A stretch of 64,000 bases of DNA, taken from contig DASZOV010000004.1 of NCBI GenBank assembly GCA_035550595.1, forward strand, positions 43,259 through 107,258. Direction: 5' to 3'. Positions 1 to 8,638 of the stretch are shown piece after piece. A model generated the notes under the pieces. That model saw only the letters and a program-made list of their open reading frames with translations, was not told the origin of the DNA and ran no database searches. Numbering within the stretch: position 1 is the stretch's first letter; each line of letters begins with the position of its first letter. The stretch comes from Vicinamibacterales bacterium. GTDB taxonomy: Bacteria > Acidobacteriota > Vicinamibacteria > Vicinamibacterales > SCN-69-37. The translations under genes were made by a program, and so were the position numbers.

Positions 1-233
1 ATGACGTTGGCCTGGAAGGCGGCGATACCAAGTGCCAACCCGAGCGCGAGGCCTTCACCAGCCGAGATCCAGCCCACCGGCGTGGCGTGCCACACGTGGG
101 CGGCCATCGTCCACAGCAACAAGGCCATGGGAATGGCATCGGGGATCTCACGTTTCCGGAAATCCCACACGCTCGCCAGCGCGAGCAACACGAACGGGCC
201 CCACAGGGCAAAGGTGATCACCACGACGCTCAC
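1..233 (-). CDS. A24-family prepilin peptidase (CpaA/TadV-like), 5' part only; continues past left edge
   Basis: Edge-truncated, so absent from ORF track. My translation of the minus strand from GTG at 233 gives VSVVVITFALWGPFVLLALASVWDFRKREIPDAIPMALLLWTMAAHVWHATPVGW... This is a hydrophobic polytopic protein with the D-x-R-x-R-x-IP motif of Tad prepilin peptidases. It lies directly downstream of flp. Confidence 0.55.
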   Translation of the reverse strand, partial: MSVVVITFALWGPFVLLALASVWDFRKREIPDAIPMALLLWTMAAHVWHATPVGWISAGEGLALGLALGIAAFQANV

Positions 234-290
234 TGGCCGTCGGCACCGCCCACGCCCGGGGGCGTGAGCGGTACCGCCGCGAACCGCGTG

Positions 291-656
291 CTAGGGGGTG
301 ACGGGCGCTTCGCCCGTTTCGGTGACGAGCTGCGCGCCATCGGCGAGTTCCCCGTACCCGAGGTTCTCGTTCAGACGCTGCGTGTTGTTGCCCGCCAGGA
401 CGCCCGCCGGATCGAGCGCGATCGAGCCGTCAGCGTTCGGCGCCGTCTCGATGAGATGGCCGCTGGCGATCGGGTTGTTGTCGTCGGCATGGGCGCCGGG
501 CAGGACGGTGGCGACCGTCGCGATCATGTCGCTCGTCTTGTGCCCGAACACGGACACGGCCGCGGCGCTGATCAAGGCGACGCCGGCCACGAGGAGCGCG
601 TACTCGACGAGTGCCGCGCCCCTGCGGTTCTTCAGAAGTCTCACCAACATTCTCAT
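291..656 (-). CDS. flp: Flp/Fap-family type IVb pilin, unusually long (about 122 aa precursor)
   Basis: ORF 291..713. Internal start MRMLVRLLKNRRG-AALVEYALLVAGVALISAAAV carries the Flp G/xxxxEY processing motif plus a hydrophobic helix. Start 656 was chosen because a short basic leader precedes the motif. Confidence 0.75.
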   Translation of the reverse strand: MRMLVRLLKNRRGAALVEYALLVAGVALISAAAVSVFGHKTSDMIATVATVLPGAHADDNNPIASGHLIETAPNADGSIALDPAGVLAGNNTQRLNENLGYGELADGAQLVTETGEAPVTP

Positions 657-752
657 GACACGAACCTCCACGACCGCTCCGTGCGAGCGGTCCTCTGCCG
701 GCTGTCGTTTCACGTCGATGCCAGGCCGGCTCCTGGCACGACGGCCTTGCGG

Positions 753-2840
753 CTACTGACCACCGGCCGGCGGCGCGGCCGCGCGACCGATGGATCTCGA
801 GACCTCGCGGGCATCGGGAAACGCCCAACGAGCGACAGCCGGAATCGGCTGGCGGATGATGCTGGGACTGACGACGATGACCAGTTCCGTCGACTGGTCG
901 TTGCGGTCGAAGCCCTTGAAGAGCCAGCCGAGACCGGGCAGCGATCCGAGTCCCGGCGTGACCTGCGTGTTCGCCGACGAGGTGTTCGAAAGCAGGCCGC
1001 CGATGACGAGCGACTGGCCGTCCAGGAGGCGCGCGCTCGTGCGGAGCGCCCGCGTCTCGAAGGCGATCGTCGGCGGCGCCGCTCCCGTCGCGTCCCGGAT
1101 CGACGCCGTCAGATCGGCGCTCGGATCGACGATCTGCGGTTGGACGTCGAGCGTGATGGCGTCCGCGTCGTCGACGAGGGGACGAATGCCGAGCTGGATG
1201 CCGAACGGCCGGAACGTCACCGAGCTGAACACGCCCAGCGCCGTGGCGCTGTCGGCGCTGTCGCCCGTGCCGAATGCGGGCGCGAACGCCACGGGGATTG
1301 GGATCTCGCCGCCGACCTGGAACTGCGCCTGTTCACCGGACAGGACCGTGAGCGACGGCGACGACAAGCGTCGTGCGACGCCTTCGCGCTCGAGCAGCGA
1401 GAGCGTCGTGTCGACGGCGGCGTGCCGGCCGACGAGTTGCGTCTCGTTGGTCGTCTGGCCGCTGAGGAATCCCAGCACGTTCTCGACCGCGCGGCCCTGC
1501 AGCGGCACGGCGCCCGGAACAATCGACGCCGCGGCCGGCAGTACGCGCGTCGACAGCGACACGATCGATTGCGGCGTATAGGACCGCAGCTTCGAGCGGC
1601 TGACTTCGAACAGGCGGATGTCGATGCGGACCTGCGGCAGGTCGACGACGTCGATGAACGACAGCACGCGCCCTCCGGCGACCTCGATGGCCTTGGCGCG
1701 GCCGATGTTGCGCTCGATCTGATTCGTCAATCGGCCGGTGGACGCCGAGCCCATGCTCGCGCCGACGCCTGGCAGCGAACTGCCCAAGCTGGAGGCGGTC
1801 GTGTTCTGGACGCCGGCTTGCTGGCGTCCCGACAGCGCGCCGCTCTCGTCGGCGACGACACGGATGTCGTCGGTCGTGGTCGTCCGTCCGGCGAAGAGTC
1901 GGCTCGCCATCTCGAGCACGCGGACGAGCGCGACCTGATCGGGCACCGTGCCCTCGAGCACGAGCGTGTCGTTCGCGTCGTCGCGCACCGAGCCCTTGAG
2001 TACGCGCCGCACACTCACGTGCGCGCCGCCGATCGTGCGAATGGCGTCACGCACCTTGTCTTCTGGGAGCGCGGGCAGCGTGGCCAATCGCAGCAGATTG
2101 ATGACGGCTGGCGTCGGTGCGACCGGCGCCGCCAATTGAACCGGCGCCGTCTCTGGCGCAGCCGTCGGTGCACTCGCTGGTGACGTGTCGGTTCCGGCCG
2201 CCGGCGTTGCGCCGGCCGGCGACGCCTGCACGAGCGGGCGGGCGGCGAGGCCTTGCCGCGGCGTGCCGGCGCCGAGGTAGTCGCGCGCCATGGCTTCGGC
2301 CGTCTGTGACGCGACCAAATCGGGCACCGTGCCCGTGAGGACGACCGCGTCACGATCGGGCGCGACTTCGACCACGATCGACGCATCGATACGCTTCAAC
2401 GCGCTCGCGAGCAGCGAGAGATCGCGCTGCACGTCGACGGCGTACTGCTGGAAGGTGCCGTCGAGGAACCACACGATGAGCGTCGTGCGGCCGGGCGCGA
2501 CGCCGAGCAGCAAGAGCTCGCGATTGCTGATGAGCTGCGCTTCGGCAATCCCGGCGTCGCCGACGGCGATACGTGCCAGGTCGGTGGGAAAGATCAGCCG
2601 CCGGTGCTGCGACTTGAGAATCGTCACCTGCATGGTGGTCGGCACGGGCGCCACGGTCGGCGTCACCGGTGACGAGGGCTGAGCGGCTGCAGCCAGGGTG
2701 GGCCACAGCGGCAGGAAGGCACTGACGACGCGAGCGAGCGTCACCCAGTCGTGACGCCGGCGTCGGCGCGACGTGACAGGGAGATGAGAACGCGGGGCGT
2801 TCGGTGAGGTCGAGTCGATGCTGCAGCGCGCCCAGTCCAT
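753..2840 (-). CDS. cpaC: Tad/Flp pilus secretin (CpaC/RcpA family)
   Basis: 695-aa ORF. It has a pilus-assembly N domain (VTILKSQHRRLIFPTDLARIAVGDAGIAEAQLIS) and a C-terminal secretin core (LVIGGLLSNTSS...PGLGSLPGLGWLFKG...ELVIVVSPSII). Exact start uncertain. Confidence 0.85.
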   Translation of the reverse strand: MDWARCSIDSTSPNAPRSHLPVTSRRRRRHDWVTLARVVSAFLPLWPTLAAAAQPSSPVTPTVAPVPTTMQVTILKSQHRRLIFPTDLARIAVGDAGIAEAQLISNRELLLLGVAPGRTTLIVWFLDGTFQQYAVDVQRDLSLLASALKRIDASIVVEVAPDRDAVVLTGTVPDLVASQTAEAMARDYLGAGTPRQGLAARPLVQASPAGATPAAGTDTSPASAPTAAPETAPVQLAAPVAPTPAVINLLRLATLPALPEDKVRDAIRTIGGAHVSVRRVLKGSVRDDANDTLVLEGTVPDQVALVRVLEMASRLFAGRTTTTDDIRVVADESGALSGRQQAGVQNTTASSLGSSLPGVGASMGSASTGRLTNQIERNIGRAKAIEVAGGRVLSFIDVVDLPQVRIDIRLFEVSRSKLRSYTPQSIVSLSTRVLPAAASIVPGAVPLQGRAVENVLGFLSGQTTNETQLVGRHAAVDTTLSLLEREGVARRLSSPSLTVLSGEQAQFQVGGEIPIPVAFAPAFGTGDSADSATALGVFSSVTFRPFGIQLGIRPLVDDADAITLDVQPQIVDPSADLTASIRDATGAAPPTIAFETRALRTSARLLDGQSLVIGGLLSNTSSANTQVTPGLGSLPGLGWLFKGFDRNDQSTELVIVVSPSIIRQPIPAVARWAFPDAREVSRSIGRAAAPPAGGQ

Positions 2841-3093
2841 GACCGAGACGCGAGCATATGAACGAGGCCGTTGGATCGGACGCGATATTCAACCAACGGC
2901 GCGCGCCAACACATGGGCGGCCATCGGCAGGCGTCGAACGGCGTCATGACCCGATCGGCGCGTCGTGTGCAGACGACGGCATCTCGGACCGCTGCCGTTG
3001 GACGGGGCGATTCAACCGTTGATCGGCGCATCCCGGCAGCCGATTGAAGACCGGACGCCAACCGATCGACCCTCTCGTTACCATGCCCGCGCG

Positions 3094-4959
3094 ATGTTCA
3101 CGGGTCGGTTGGATCTGCTCGATGTCGTGGGCTTTCTCACCGGCGCGGTGCTCTTCGGCCTGCTGCTCGTCATGGTGATGCGGCCGCCCGATCGCGCCGA
3201 TCGATTCGCGCTGGCCACGGCCACGCTCGGGCTCACGTGGAACGTCGGCGAGCTGGCCGCCTGCGGTCTGCGCAGCGCGGGGTTCCTCGCGATCGCGGCG
3301 TGGCTGGCCGCCGCGGCGTTCGTGGCTCTGGGGCTGCTGTCGGCCGTGGTGGTTCACTCGATCGCGCGGCCGCAGGCGATCGACGCCGTGTGGCGCCGGC
3401 GCGCCGGACAGATGACGGCGCTTCTGGTTTATGCCTGCGCGGGCGTCGCTGGGCTGATGCACGTCGGCCGGGTCGTGCAGGGCGGCGCGCCACCCTCGTC
3501 GGCCGGCCTGCTCTTGTTGACCGCCGGTCTCGTCGCGGCCGTCGGGCCGCTCGTGATCATCACGCGCGATCAGATCGACGGCCGACGCGCGCTCTGGATG
3601 TTGGCGCTGGCCGTCTTCGTCGTGTCGGCACTCCATCTCGGCAGGTTTCACGCCACGCGCGAGTCGATGGGCGTCGAGGTCATCGGACACCACGGATCGC
3701 TGCTGCTCGCCTTTGCGATCCTGTACCGGGACTACCGCTTCGCCTTCGCCGACATCTTTCTCAAACAGGCGCTCGCGCTGCTGGCCCTGGTCGCGGCCAT
3801 CTTCAGCGGCTATTCGATGGTCGCTCCGTCGCTCGCGCGATCGGGGCCTCCGTCGGCGACGGCCGTTGGCGTGCTCCTCGCCTCGTGGGCGACCACGGCC
3901 TTGACCTATCCGCTGCTTCGCCGTGGTGCGGCGGCGTTCGTCGACCGGTTCATCCTGACGCGGGCCAACTACGCCGATCTCGTGCCCGCCCTGGGTGACG
4001 AGTTGCAACGATGCCAGTCGCCCGAGGCGGTCCTGTCGAGCGCGTGCCGCGTCCTGCAGCGCGCGCTGTCGGCGGCGTCGGTGGCCTGGCGCGCGAAAGC
4101 GTTCGACGCCAACGCGACGTTCGCGGCCGGCGACGTGCCCATCTGGACGGGTGAGGCGCCGCAGTACGTGCTGACGATCGGACCGCTTGCCGGCGGGCGC
4201 CGGTTGCTGTCCGACGATGCCGCGCTGCTCGACCGCGTCGCGTTCCTGATGGCGCGGCGCATCGACGGCATCCGGCTGACCGACGAACGTTACGAGCGGA
4301 TGCTCCAGGAACGCGACATGCAGACGCTCGCGACCGAGGCGGAACTGCGAGCGCTTCGCGCGCAGCTCAATCCGCATTTCCTGTTCAACGCGCTGACGAC
4401 CGTCGCGTACCTCATTCAGCACGCGCCGGCCCGCGCGCTCGTGACGTTGCAGCGGCTGACCGCGCTCTTGCGCAGCGGACTCCGATCCGAAGGCGCGGTG
4501 ACGACGCTCGCGCGCGAGCGGGATCTGGTGACGTGTTACCTGGAGATCGAACGCGAACGCTTCGAGGAACGGCTGAGATTCAGCGTCGACATCCCCGAGG
4601 AGCTGCTCGCGCTGCCGCTGCTCTCGTTCGTCGTGCAGCCGCTCGTCGAGAACGCGGTCAAGCACGGCATTGCCAATAGCGTCGCCGGTGGAACGATTGT
4701 CGTGTCCGCGTGTGTCGACGGCGGCCTCGTCATCACCGTGCGGAACACCGGCCTGCCGCTCGACCCGCGACGCTCTCGCGCGGGCGGAGGAGCCGAGCTG
4801 AAGAACCTGGCCCGACGGCTGCGGTACCACTATGGTACCGACAGCGACCTCACGCTGACGTCCGACACGGACGGCGCGACGATCGCGCGACTCTACGTGC
4901 CTCTGTCAGCCGCCGAGCAGCGTCATCTTTCGCATCTCGCCACGGCGGCGAACCCATGA
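3094..4959 (+). CDS. LytS/YehU-type sensor histidine kinase (polytopic N-terminus)
   Basis: ORF 2965..4959. Start moved to MFTGRLDLLDVVGFL (ATG 3094), where the membrane helices begin. His_kinase motif LRAQLNPHFLFNALTTVAYLI and a C-terminal ATPase region (VENAVKHG...). Confidence 0.8.
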   Translation: MFTGRLDLLDVVGFLTGAVLFGLLLVMVMRPPDRADRFALATATLGLTWNVGELAACGLRSAGFLAIAAWLAAAAFVALGLLSAVVVHSIARPQAIDAVWRRRAGQMTALLVYACAGVAGLMHVGRVVQGGAPPSSAGLLLLTAGLVAAVGPLVIITRDQIDGRRALWMLALAVFVVSALHLGRFHATRESMGVEVIGHHGSLLLAFAILYRDYRFAFADIFLKQALALLALVAAIFSGYSMVAPSLARSGPPSATAVGVLLASWATTALTYPLLRRGAAAFVDRFILTRANYADLVPALGDELQRCQSPEAVLSSACRVLQRALSAASVAWRAKAFDANATFAAGDVPIWTGEAPQYVLTIGPLAGGRRLLSDDAALLDRVAFLMARRIDGIRLTDERYERMLQERDMQTLATEAELRALRAQLNPHFLFNALTTVAYLIQHAPARALVTLQRLTALLRSGLRSEGAVTTLARERDLVTCYLEIERERFEERLRFSVDIPEELLALPLLSFVVQPLVENAVKHGIANSVAGGTIVVSACVDGGLVITVRNTGLPLDPRRSRAGGGAELKNLARRLRYHYGTDSDLTLTSDTDGATIARLYVPLSAAEQRHLSHLATAANP

Positions 4960-5729
4960 GCGCCGATCGGCTCCGTGTGGCCGTGGTCGACGATGAGCGA
5001 CCGGCGCAGCAGTTCCTCGTCGATCTGCTGAAAGCCCGCACCGGCGTCGAGATCGTCGGCACGGCGGCCTCGGGGGACGGCGCGATCGTGCTCATCGAAG
5101 CGACGCGTCCGGATCTCGTGCTGCTGGACTTGAAAATGCCGGGACTCGGCGGCCTGGAGGTCATACGGCATCTCCCGCCGGCGACGGCACCGACCGTCGC
5201 GATCGTGACGGCCTTCGAGGAATCCGCGGTCGAAGCATTCGCGCTGGATGCGGTCGACTATTTGCTCAAACCCGTCGATCCCGATCGGCTCGATCAGACG
5301 CTGGCCCGCGCCCGCGCGCGGCTGCTGCGCCCCGGCGTGACGGCGTCCGGGCGGCCGGCGTCCGATGCCACCGGGATGGGCCGCAGCCGGCGCTATGTCG
5401 AACGCATTCCCGTCCGGCATCGATCCGAGATCTTTCTCGTGCCGGTCCGTCACCTCACGGCGATCGTCGCCGACGGCGAACTGCTTCACCTGACCACGCT
5501 CGCCGGCGACAAGTTCACGTTGAACTATCGCCTGCATCGGCTGGAGCGCCAACTGGACCCTCGGCGTTTCATCCGGCTGGCGCGGGGCACGCTCGTCAAT
5601 CTGGAAACCGTGGTCAAAGTCGGCGCCATGCCGGGCGGCACGTACACGGTCACGCTTTCGACCGGCCAGCAACTTGCCGTCAGCCGGATACACTCGCGCA
5701 TCCTCCGCGACACGCTCCTGCGGCTTTAG
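4956..5729 (+). CDS. LytR/AlgR-family response regulator (receiver + LytTR DNA-binding domain)
   Basis: MSADRLRVAVVDDERPAQQ...DLVLLDLKMPGLGG is the receiver domain; the C-terminus (IPVRHRSEIFLVPVRHLTAIVADGELLHL...VSRIHSRILRDTL) is LytTR-like. ATGA overlap with the kinase stop. Confidence 0.9.
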   Translation: MSADRLRVAVVDDERPAQQFLVDLLKARTGVEIVGTAASGDGAIVLIEATRPDLVLLDLKMPGLGGLEVIRHLPPATAPTVAIVTAFEESAVEAFALDAVDYLLKPVDPDRLDQTLARARARLLRPGVTASGRPASDATGMGRSRRYVERIPVRHRSEIFLVPVRHLTAIVADGELLHLTTLAGDKFTLNYRLHRLERQLDPRRFIRLARGTLVNLETVVKVGAMPGGTYTVTLSTGQQLAVSRIHSRILRDTLLRL

Positions 5730-5734
5730 AGCAC

Positions 5735-5811
5735 GTTTCAAAACTGCGAACTTCGAACTGCGAACTTCGAACGAATGGGGCGCCTTCGGCGCGTCTCTTC
5801 AGTTTTGAAAC
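5735..5811. repeat. Intergenic hairpin element: 12-bp perfect outer stem enclosing CGAACTT repeats and a GCGCC-TTC-GGCGC mini-hairpin
   Basis: GTTTCAAAACTG (5735-5746) is the exact reverse complement of CAGTTTTGAAAC (5800-5811). The interior is CGAACTTCGAACTGCGAACTTCGAACGAATGGGGCGCCTTCGGCGCG. It sits between convergent genes and probably acts as a bidirectional terminator. Confidence 0.7.
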
Positions 5812-5846
5812 ACGCTCGTGGAACCCCCGCCACTGCGTAGCGTCGT

Positions 5847-7100
5847 TTACGAGATCGGGACGAGCCGCAGCACGAACCCCTCGGTCGTATCCGACAGCTT
5901 CTGGCCGGGAAGCGCGGTCGCGACGTAGAACAATCCGTCCGGTCCCATGATGATGTCGCGCACGCGGCCGAGGTTGTCGAAGACGACTTCCTGGTGCGTG
6001 ACGTGATCGTGATCGATCACGATCCGCCGCAGCACCTGTCCGCCGAGCGCCGTGACGAAGAGCTGATTCTTCCACTTCGGATAGCGATCGCCCGTGTCGA
6101 AGGCGATGCCCGCCGGCGCGATGCTCGGCGTCCAGAACACGATGGGCGAGTCCATGCCGGCGCGCGACGTGTCGGTCACGCCCGGCTGCCGGCCGTTCGA
6201 CACGACGGCCCAGCCGTAGTTGTGGCCCGGCTTGATGATGTTCAGCTCGTCGCCGCCGTTCGGCCCGTGCTCGGTCTCCCACAGCTCGCCGGTCACCGGA
6301 TCGAAGGCGAGGCCCTGCGGATTGCGATGGCCGTACGACCAGATCGACGGCACCGCGCCCGGACGATTCACGAACGGGTTGTCCTTGGGGATCGATCCGT
6401 CGTCGTTCACGCGGTGGATCTTGCCCGTGGGCTTCGAGAGATCCTGCGCGTTCTCGGGCGCGCCGTGTTCGCCGAGGCTGAAGAACAGGTGATCCTGTTT
6501 GTCGAAGACGAACCGCGATCCGTAGTGGATGTGCGTCGTCGTGTAGAACTCCGGCGCCGCGTGGAAGATGGACTGCTGATCGACCCAGTGGTTGGTCGCA
6601 TCGATCTTGCCGCGGATGATGGCCGTCATGCCGGTGTTGTTGTCCGCACGCTCGGTGAGCGACGTGTTGTTCGGTCCGGGTTCCGCGTAGGAGAGATAGA
6701 TCCAGCCGTTCTCGGCGTACTTCGGATGGACCTCGACGTCCATCAATCCGCCGTCCTGCACCTGCTCGACCTTGGGCAATCCGACGACCGGATCCGACAG
6801 CTTTCCGTGATCGACGATGCGCAGACGGCCGGGGCGCTCGGTGACGAGCAGGCGGCCGTCAGGCAGGAAGGCGAGTCCCCACGGCGTCTCGAGGCCGCGC
6901 GCGACGACTTCGACACGCAGCGTCTGCACTTCCGACTGGACGATGTGGCCGTCCGGGTTGGTGACCGTCGCCGGTTTCGGTGGACGCATGGCGCGGCCGC
7001 CGGGCGGCGCGGGCGTTTGTGCGGGCGGTGCGCTTTGTGCGCCCAACCACGCGGTTCCCGCCAGTGCCATTGCCACGATCCACGGCCCCGTCTTCGTCAT
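5847..7100 (-). CDS. Soluble PQQ-dependent sugar (glucose/sorbosone-type) dehydrogenase, secreted
   Basis: ORF 5847..7778 trimmed to MTKTGPWIVAMALAGTAWLGAQS (signal peptide, ATG 7100). Beta-propeller motifs include GLETPWGLAFLPDGRLLVTERPGRL and SYGHRNPQGLAFDPVTGELW. Confidence 0.85.
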   Translation of the reverse strand: MTKTGPWIVAMALAGTAWLGAQSAPPAQTPAPPGGRAMRPPKPATVTNPDGHIVQSEVQTLRVEVVARGLETPWGLAFLPDGRLLVTERPGRLRIVDHGKLSDPVVGLPKVEQVQDGGLMDVEVHPKYAENGWIYLSYAEPGPNNTSLTERADNNTGMTAIIRGKIDATNHWVDQQSIFHAAPEFYTTTHIHYGSRFVFDKQDHLFFSLGEHGAPENAQDLSKPTGKIHRVNDDGSIPKDNPFVNRPGAVPSIWSYGHRNPQGLAFDPVTGELWETEHGPNGGDELNIIKPGHNYGWAVVSNGRQPGVTDTSRAGMDSPIVFWTPSIAPAGIAFDTGDRYPKWKNQLFVTALGGQVLRRIVIDHDHVTHQEVVFDNLGRVRDIIMGPDGLFYVATALPGQKLSDTTEGFVLRLVPIS

Positions 7101-7379
7101 GGTGCACCTCTCGATCCAGAAGGATATGCCCGTTCGCGGCACGGCGCGCACGCGCGGTGAAACGACGCGGCCACGATTGTCGATCGACATCCACGAGACA
7201 ACATTCTCGTAGAACTCGCGCGCCGCAGTGGTGCGCTGAAGCTGGTCTGGCCGCCGTGTTTCGTGTGCGCGCCGGCGGCGTCTGGACGTGTTTGTCGTAC
7301 TGATCGTTACTTTCAACATTAATGTCGAACGCGCGCAAATGCGCCCGTCGCACGCGTGCGCCCCGCGCGAATCGCGTCG

Positions 7380-7395
7380 TGGATCCCGCTTTGCA
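7380..7395 (+). promoter_or_regulatory. Candidate sigma-54 (-24/-12) promoter upstream of porin-urt genes
   Basis: TGGATCCCGCTTTGCA has GG (7381-82) and GC (7393-94) separated by exactly 10 nt and matches TGGCAC-N5-TTGCA at most positions. It lies 93 nt upstream of the porin ATG. Confidence 0.4.
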
Positions 7396-7487
7396 TTGTC
7401 GTGAACGCGATGGCGTTGCCGTCGTCGATGGCGACGACGGGTCCGCGCATCGGGACGCGCGCCCCGCGCATATCGAGAGGATGCATC

Positions 7488-8567
7488 ATGCTCAGTCGTC
7501 GTGTCCGCCATGAACCGTGGGTCATCGGCGGACGTCCGGTCGTCGCGATTCTGGCGGTGGCCTTGTGTGGCGTCGCGGCGCCGCTGTTCGCGCAGACGGC
7601 GTCGCCGCCGGTGTCGGTCGGCGCCGGCCTGCAAACCAGCTTCCTGCACGACGCGCCCGACGGTGGTGAATCGTCGGATCGGTTCCTGCTCAACAGCGTG
7701 CGGCTCTACGTGAACGGGTCGAGCGCGGACAAGGTCAAGTTCACGTTCAACACCGAATACGATGGCGGCACCAATCACCTGACCGTGCTCGATGCGGTCG
7801 CGCGCTTCGAAGTTTCCGACCGCTTCAACGTGTGGGTCGGCCGCATGCTGCCGCCGAGCGATCGCGCGAACCTCTACGGGCCGTACTACGCGAACGAATG
7901 GGCGGTCTACAGCGACGGCCTGCAGGACGGCTATCCGTTCGTCGCCACCGGCCGCGACAACGGCGTGGCCTACTGGGGCCAGTTCGGTCCCGTGAAAGTG
8001 CAGGGCGGCGCCTACGACGGCGCGTCAGCCGACGGCAACGACAAGGTCATCGCCGCGGGCCGCGTGATGGTGGACTTCTGGGATCCCGAGCCCGGCTACT
8101 ACCTGAACGGCACCTACTACGGCGACAAGAACATCCTCGCGGTTGGCGCGGCCGGTCAGGTGCAGGACGGGAACACGGCGTGGAGCGCCGATCTGCTCCT
8201 CGAGCGGAAGGTCGCCGGCGGCGGCGCGTTCACCATCGAAAGCGAGTACGCGGCCTACAGCCAGCTCGGCGGTTACGACGCGCAGTACGAAGACGACAAG
8301 GGCGCCTACGGTCTGGCCAGTTATCTCTTTCCGAAGATGGGCGGCCTCTCGGGCCAGTTCGAGGTCCTCGGCAAGTACGCGCAGGCGTCGTTCTCCCACA
8401 GCATCGCGGGACTCGACGACTACAAGCAGCGCACGACCGAGCTCAACTTCGACTACGTGCTGAAGCAGTTCAACGCGCGCGTGATGCTGTTCTACAAGCA
8501 CACCGATTTCACGGCGGTCAAGACGGACGATCAGCAAATCGGCGTCGGCCTCCAGGTGCAGATGTAG
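7488..8567 (+). CDS. Outer-membrane porin (porin O/P-like beta-barrel), first gene of the urea-transport cluster
   Basis: ORF 7356..8567 trimmed to MLSRRVRHEPWVIGGRPVVAILAVALCGVAAPLFAQT (signal peptide; GAGAGG RBS). DRFLLNSVRLYVNGS resembles the porin O/P motif, and the rest is an alternating aromatic/Gly-rich pattern. Confidence 0.6.
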   Translation: MLSRRVRHEPWVIGGRPVVAILAVALCGVAAPLFAQTASPPVSVGAGLQTSFLHDAPDGGESSDRFLLNSVRLYVNGSSADKVKFTFNTEYDGGTNHLTVLDAVARFEVSDRFNVWVGRMLPPSDRANLYGPYYANEWAVYSDGLQDGYPFVATGRDNGVAYWGQFGPVKVQGGAYDGASADGNDKVIAAGRVMVDFWDPEPGYYLNGTYYGDKNILAVGAAGQVQDGNTAWSADLLLERKVAGGGAFTIESEYAAYSQLGGYDAQYEDDKGAYGLASYLFPKMGGLSGQFEVLGKYAQASFSHSIAGLDDYKQRTTELNFDYVLKQFNARVMLFYKHTDFTAVKTDDQQIGVGLQVQM

Positions 8568-8638
8568 GCCGGCGCGCCGCCGGTCATGGCGACTTCTCTT
8601 CGACCCGCACGTTTTCACGTTCAAGGAGTGACTCCCCT

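Noticed and set aside
87-2183. Very long ORFs on the strand opposite to, or out of frame with, recognisable genes. Examples: 87-2183, 2944-4830, 8621-9724, 11181-12260, 21147-22307, 21409-23070, 25152-27164, 28111-29202, 34445-35728, 43601-44875, 46148-47701, 46279-48165, 48782-50866, 55479-57338, 58220-61051.
   Set aside because: Their translations are Arg/Gly/Ala/Pro/Asp-rich with no recognisable motifs, which is typical of shadow ORFs in GC-rich DNA where stop codons are rare. In each case the overlapping frame encodes a protein with clear family signatures.
7101-7110. GGTGCACC palindrome resembling an NtrC half-site pair.
   Set aside because: It directly abuts the start codon of the PQQ sugar dehydrogenase gene and is a single short palindrome, so there is not enough evidence for a binding site.
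5847-7778. N-terminal extensions of track ORFs: 5847-7778, 7832-9925, 9475-11652, 11136-12746, 12017-13492, 13213-14190, 17036-18847, 20850-23717, 33377-36406, 36683-38140, 47233-48417, 52826-53602, 53805-57560, 57887-61606.
   Set aside because: The extensions are low-complexity Arg-rich sequence. Internal starts give signal peptides or canonical N-termini, have SD-like sequences, or form 4-nt overlaps with the upstream gene. For the two receptors, a 1-nt indel between the copies puts the upstream ATG/GTG out of frame in one copy.
8568-8600. Hairpin CCGGCG-CGC-CGCCGG after the porin stop as a terminator separating porin from urtA.
   Set aside because: The stem is only 6 bp with a 3-nt loop and no T-run. 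The 71-nt gap with a strong AAGGAG RBS is compatible with co-transcription.
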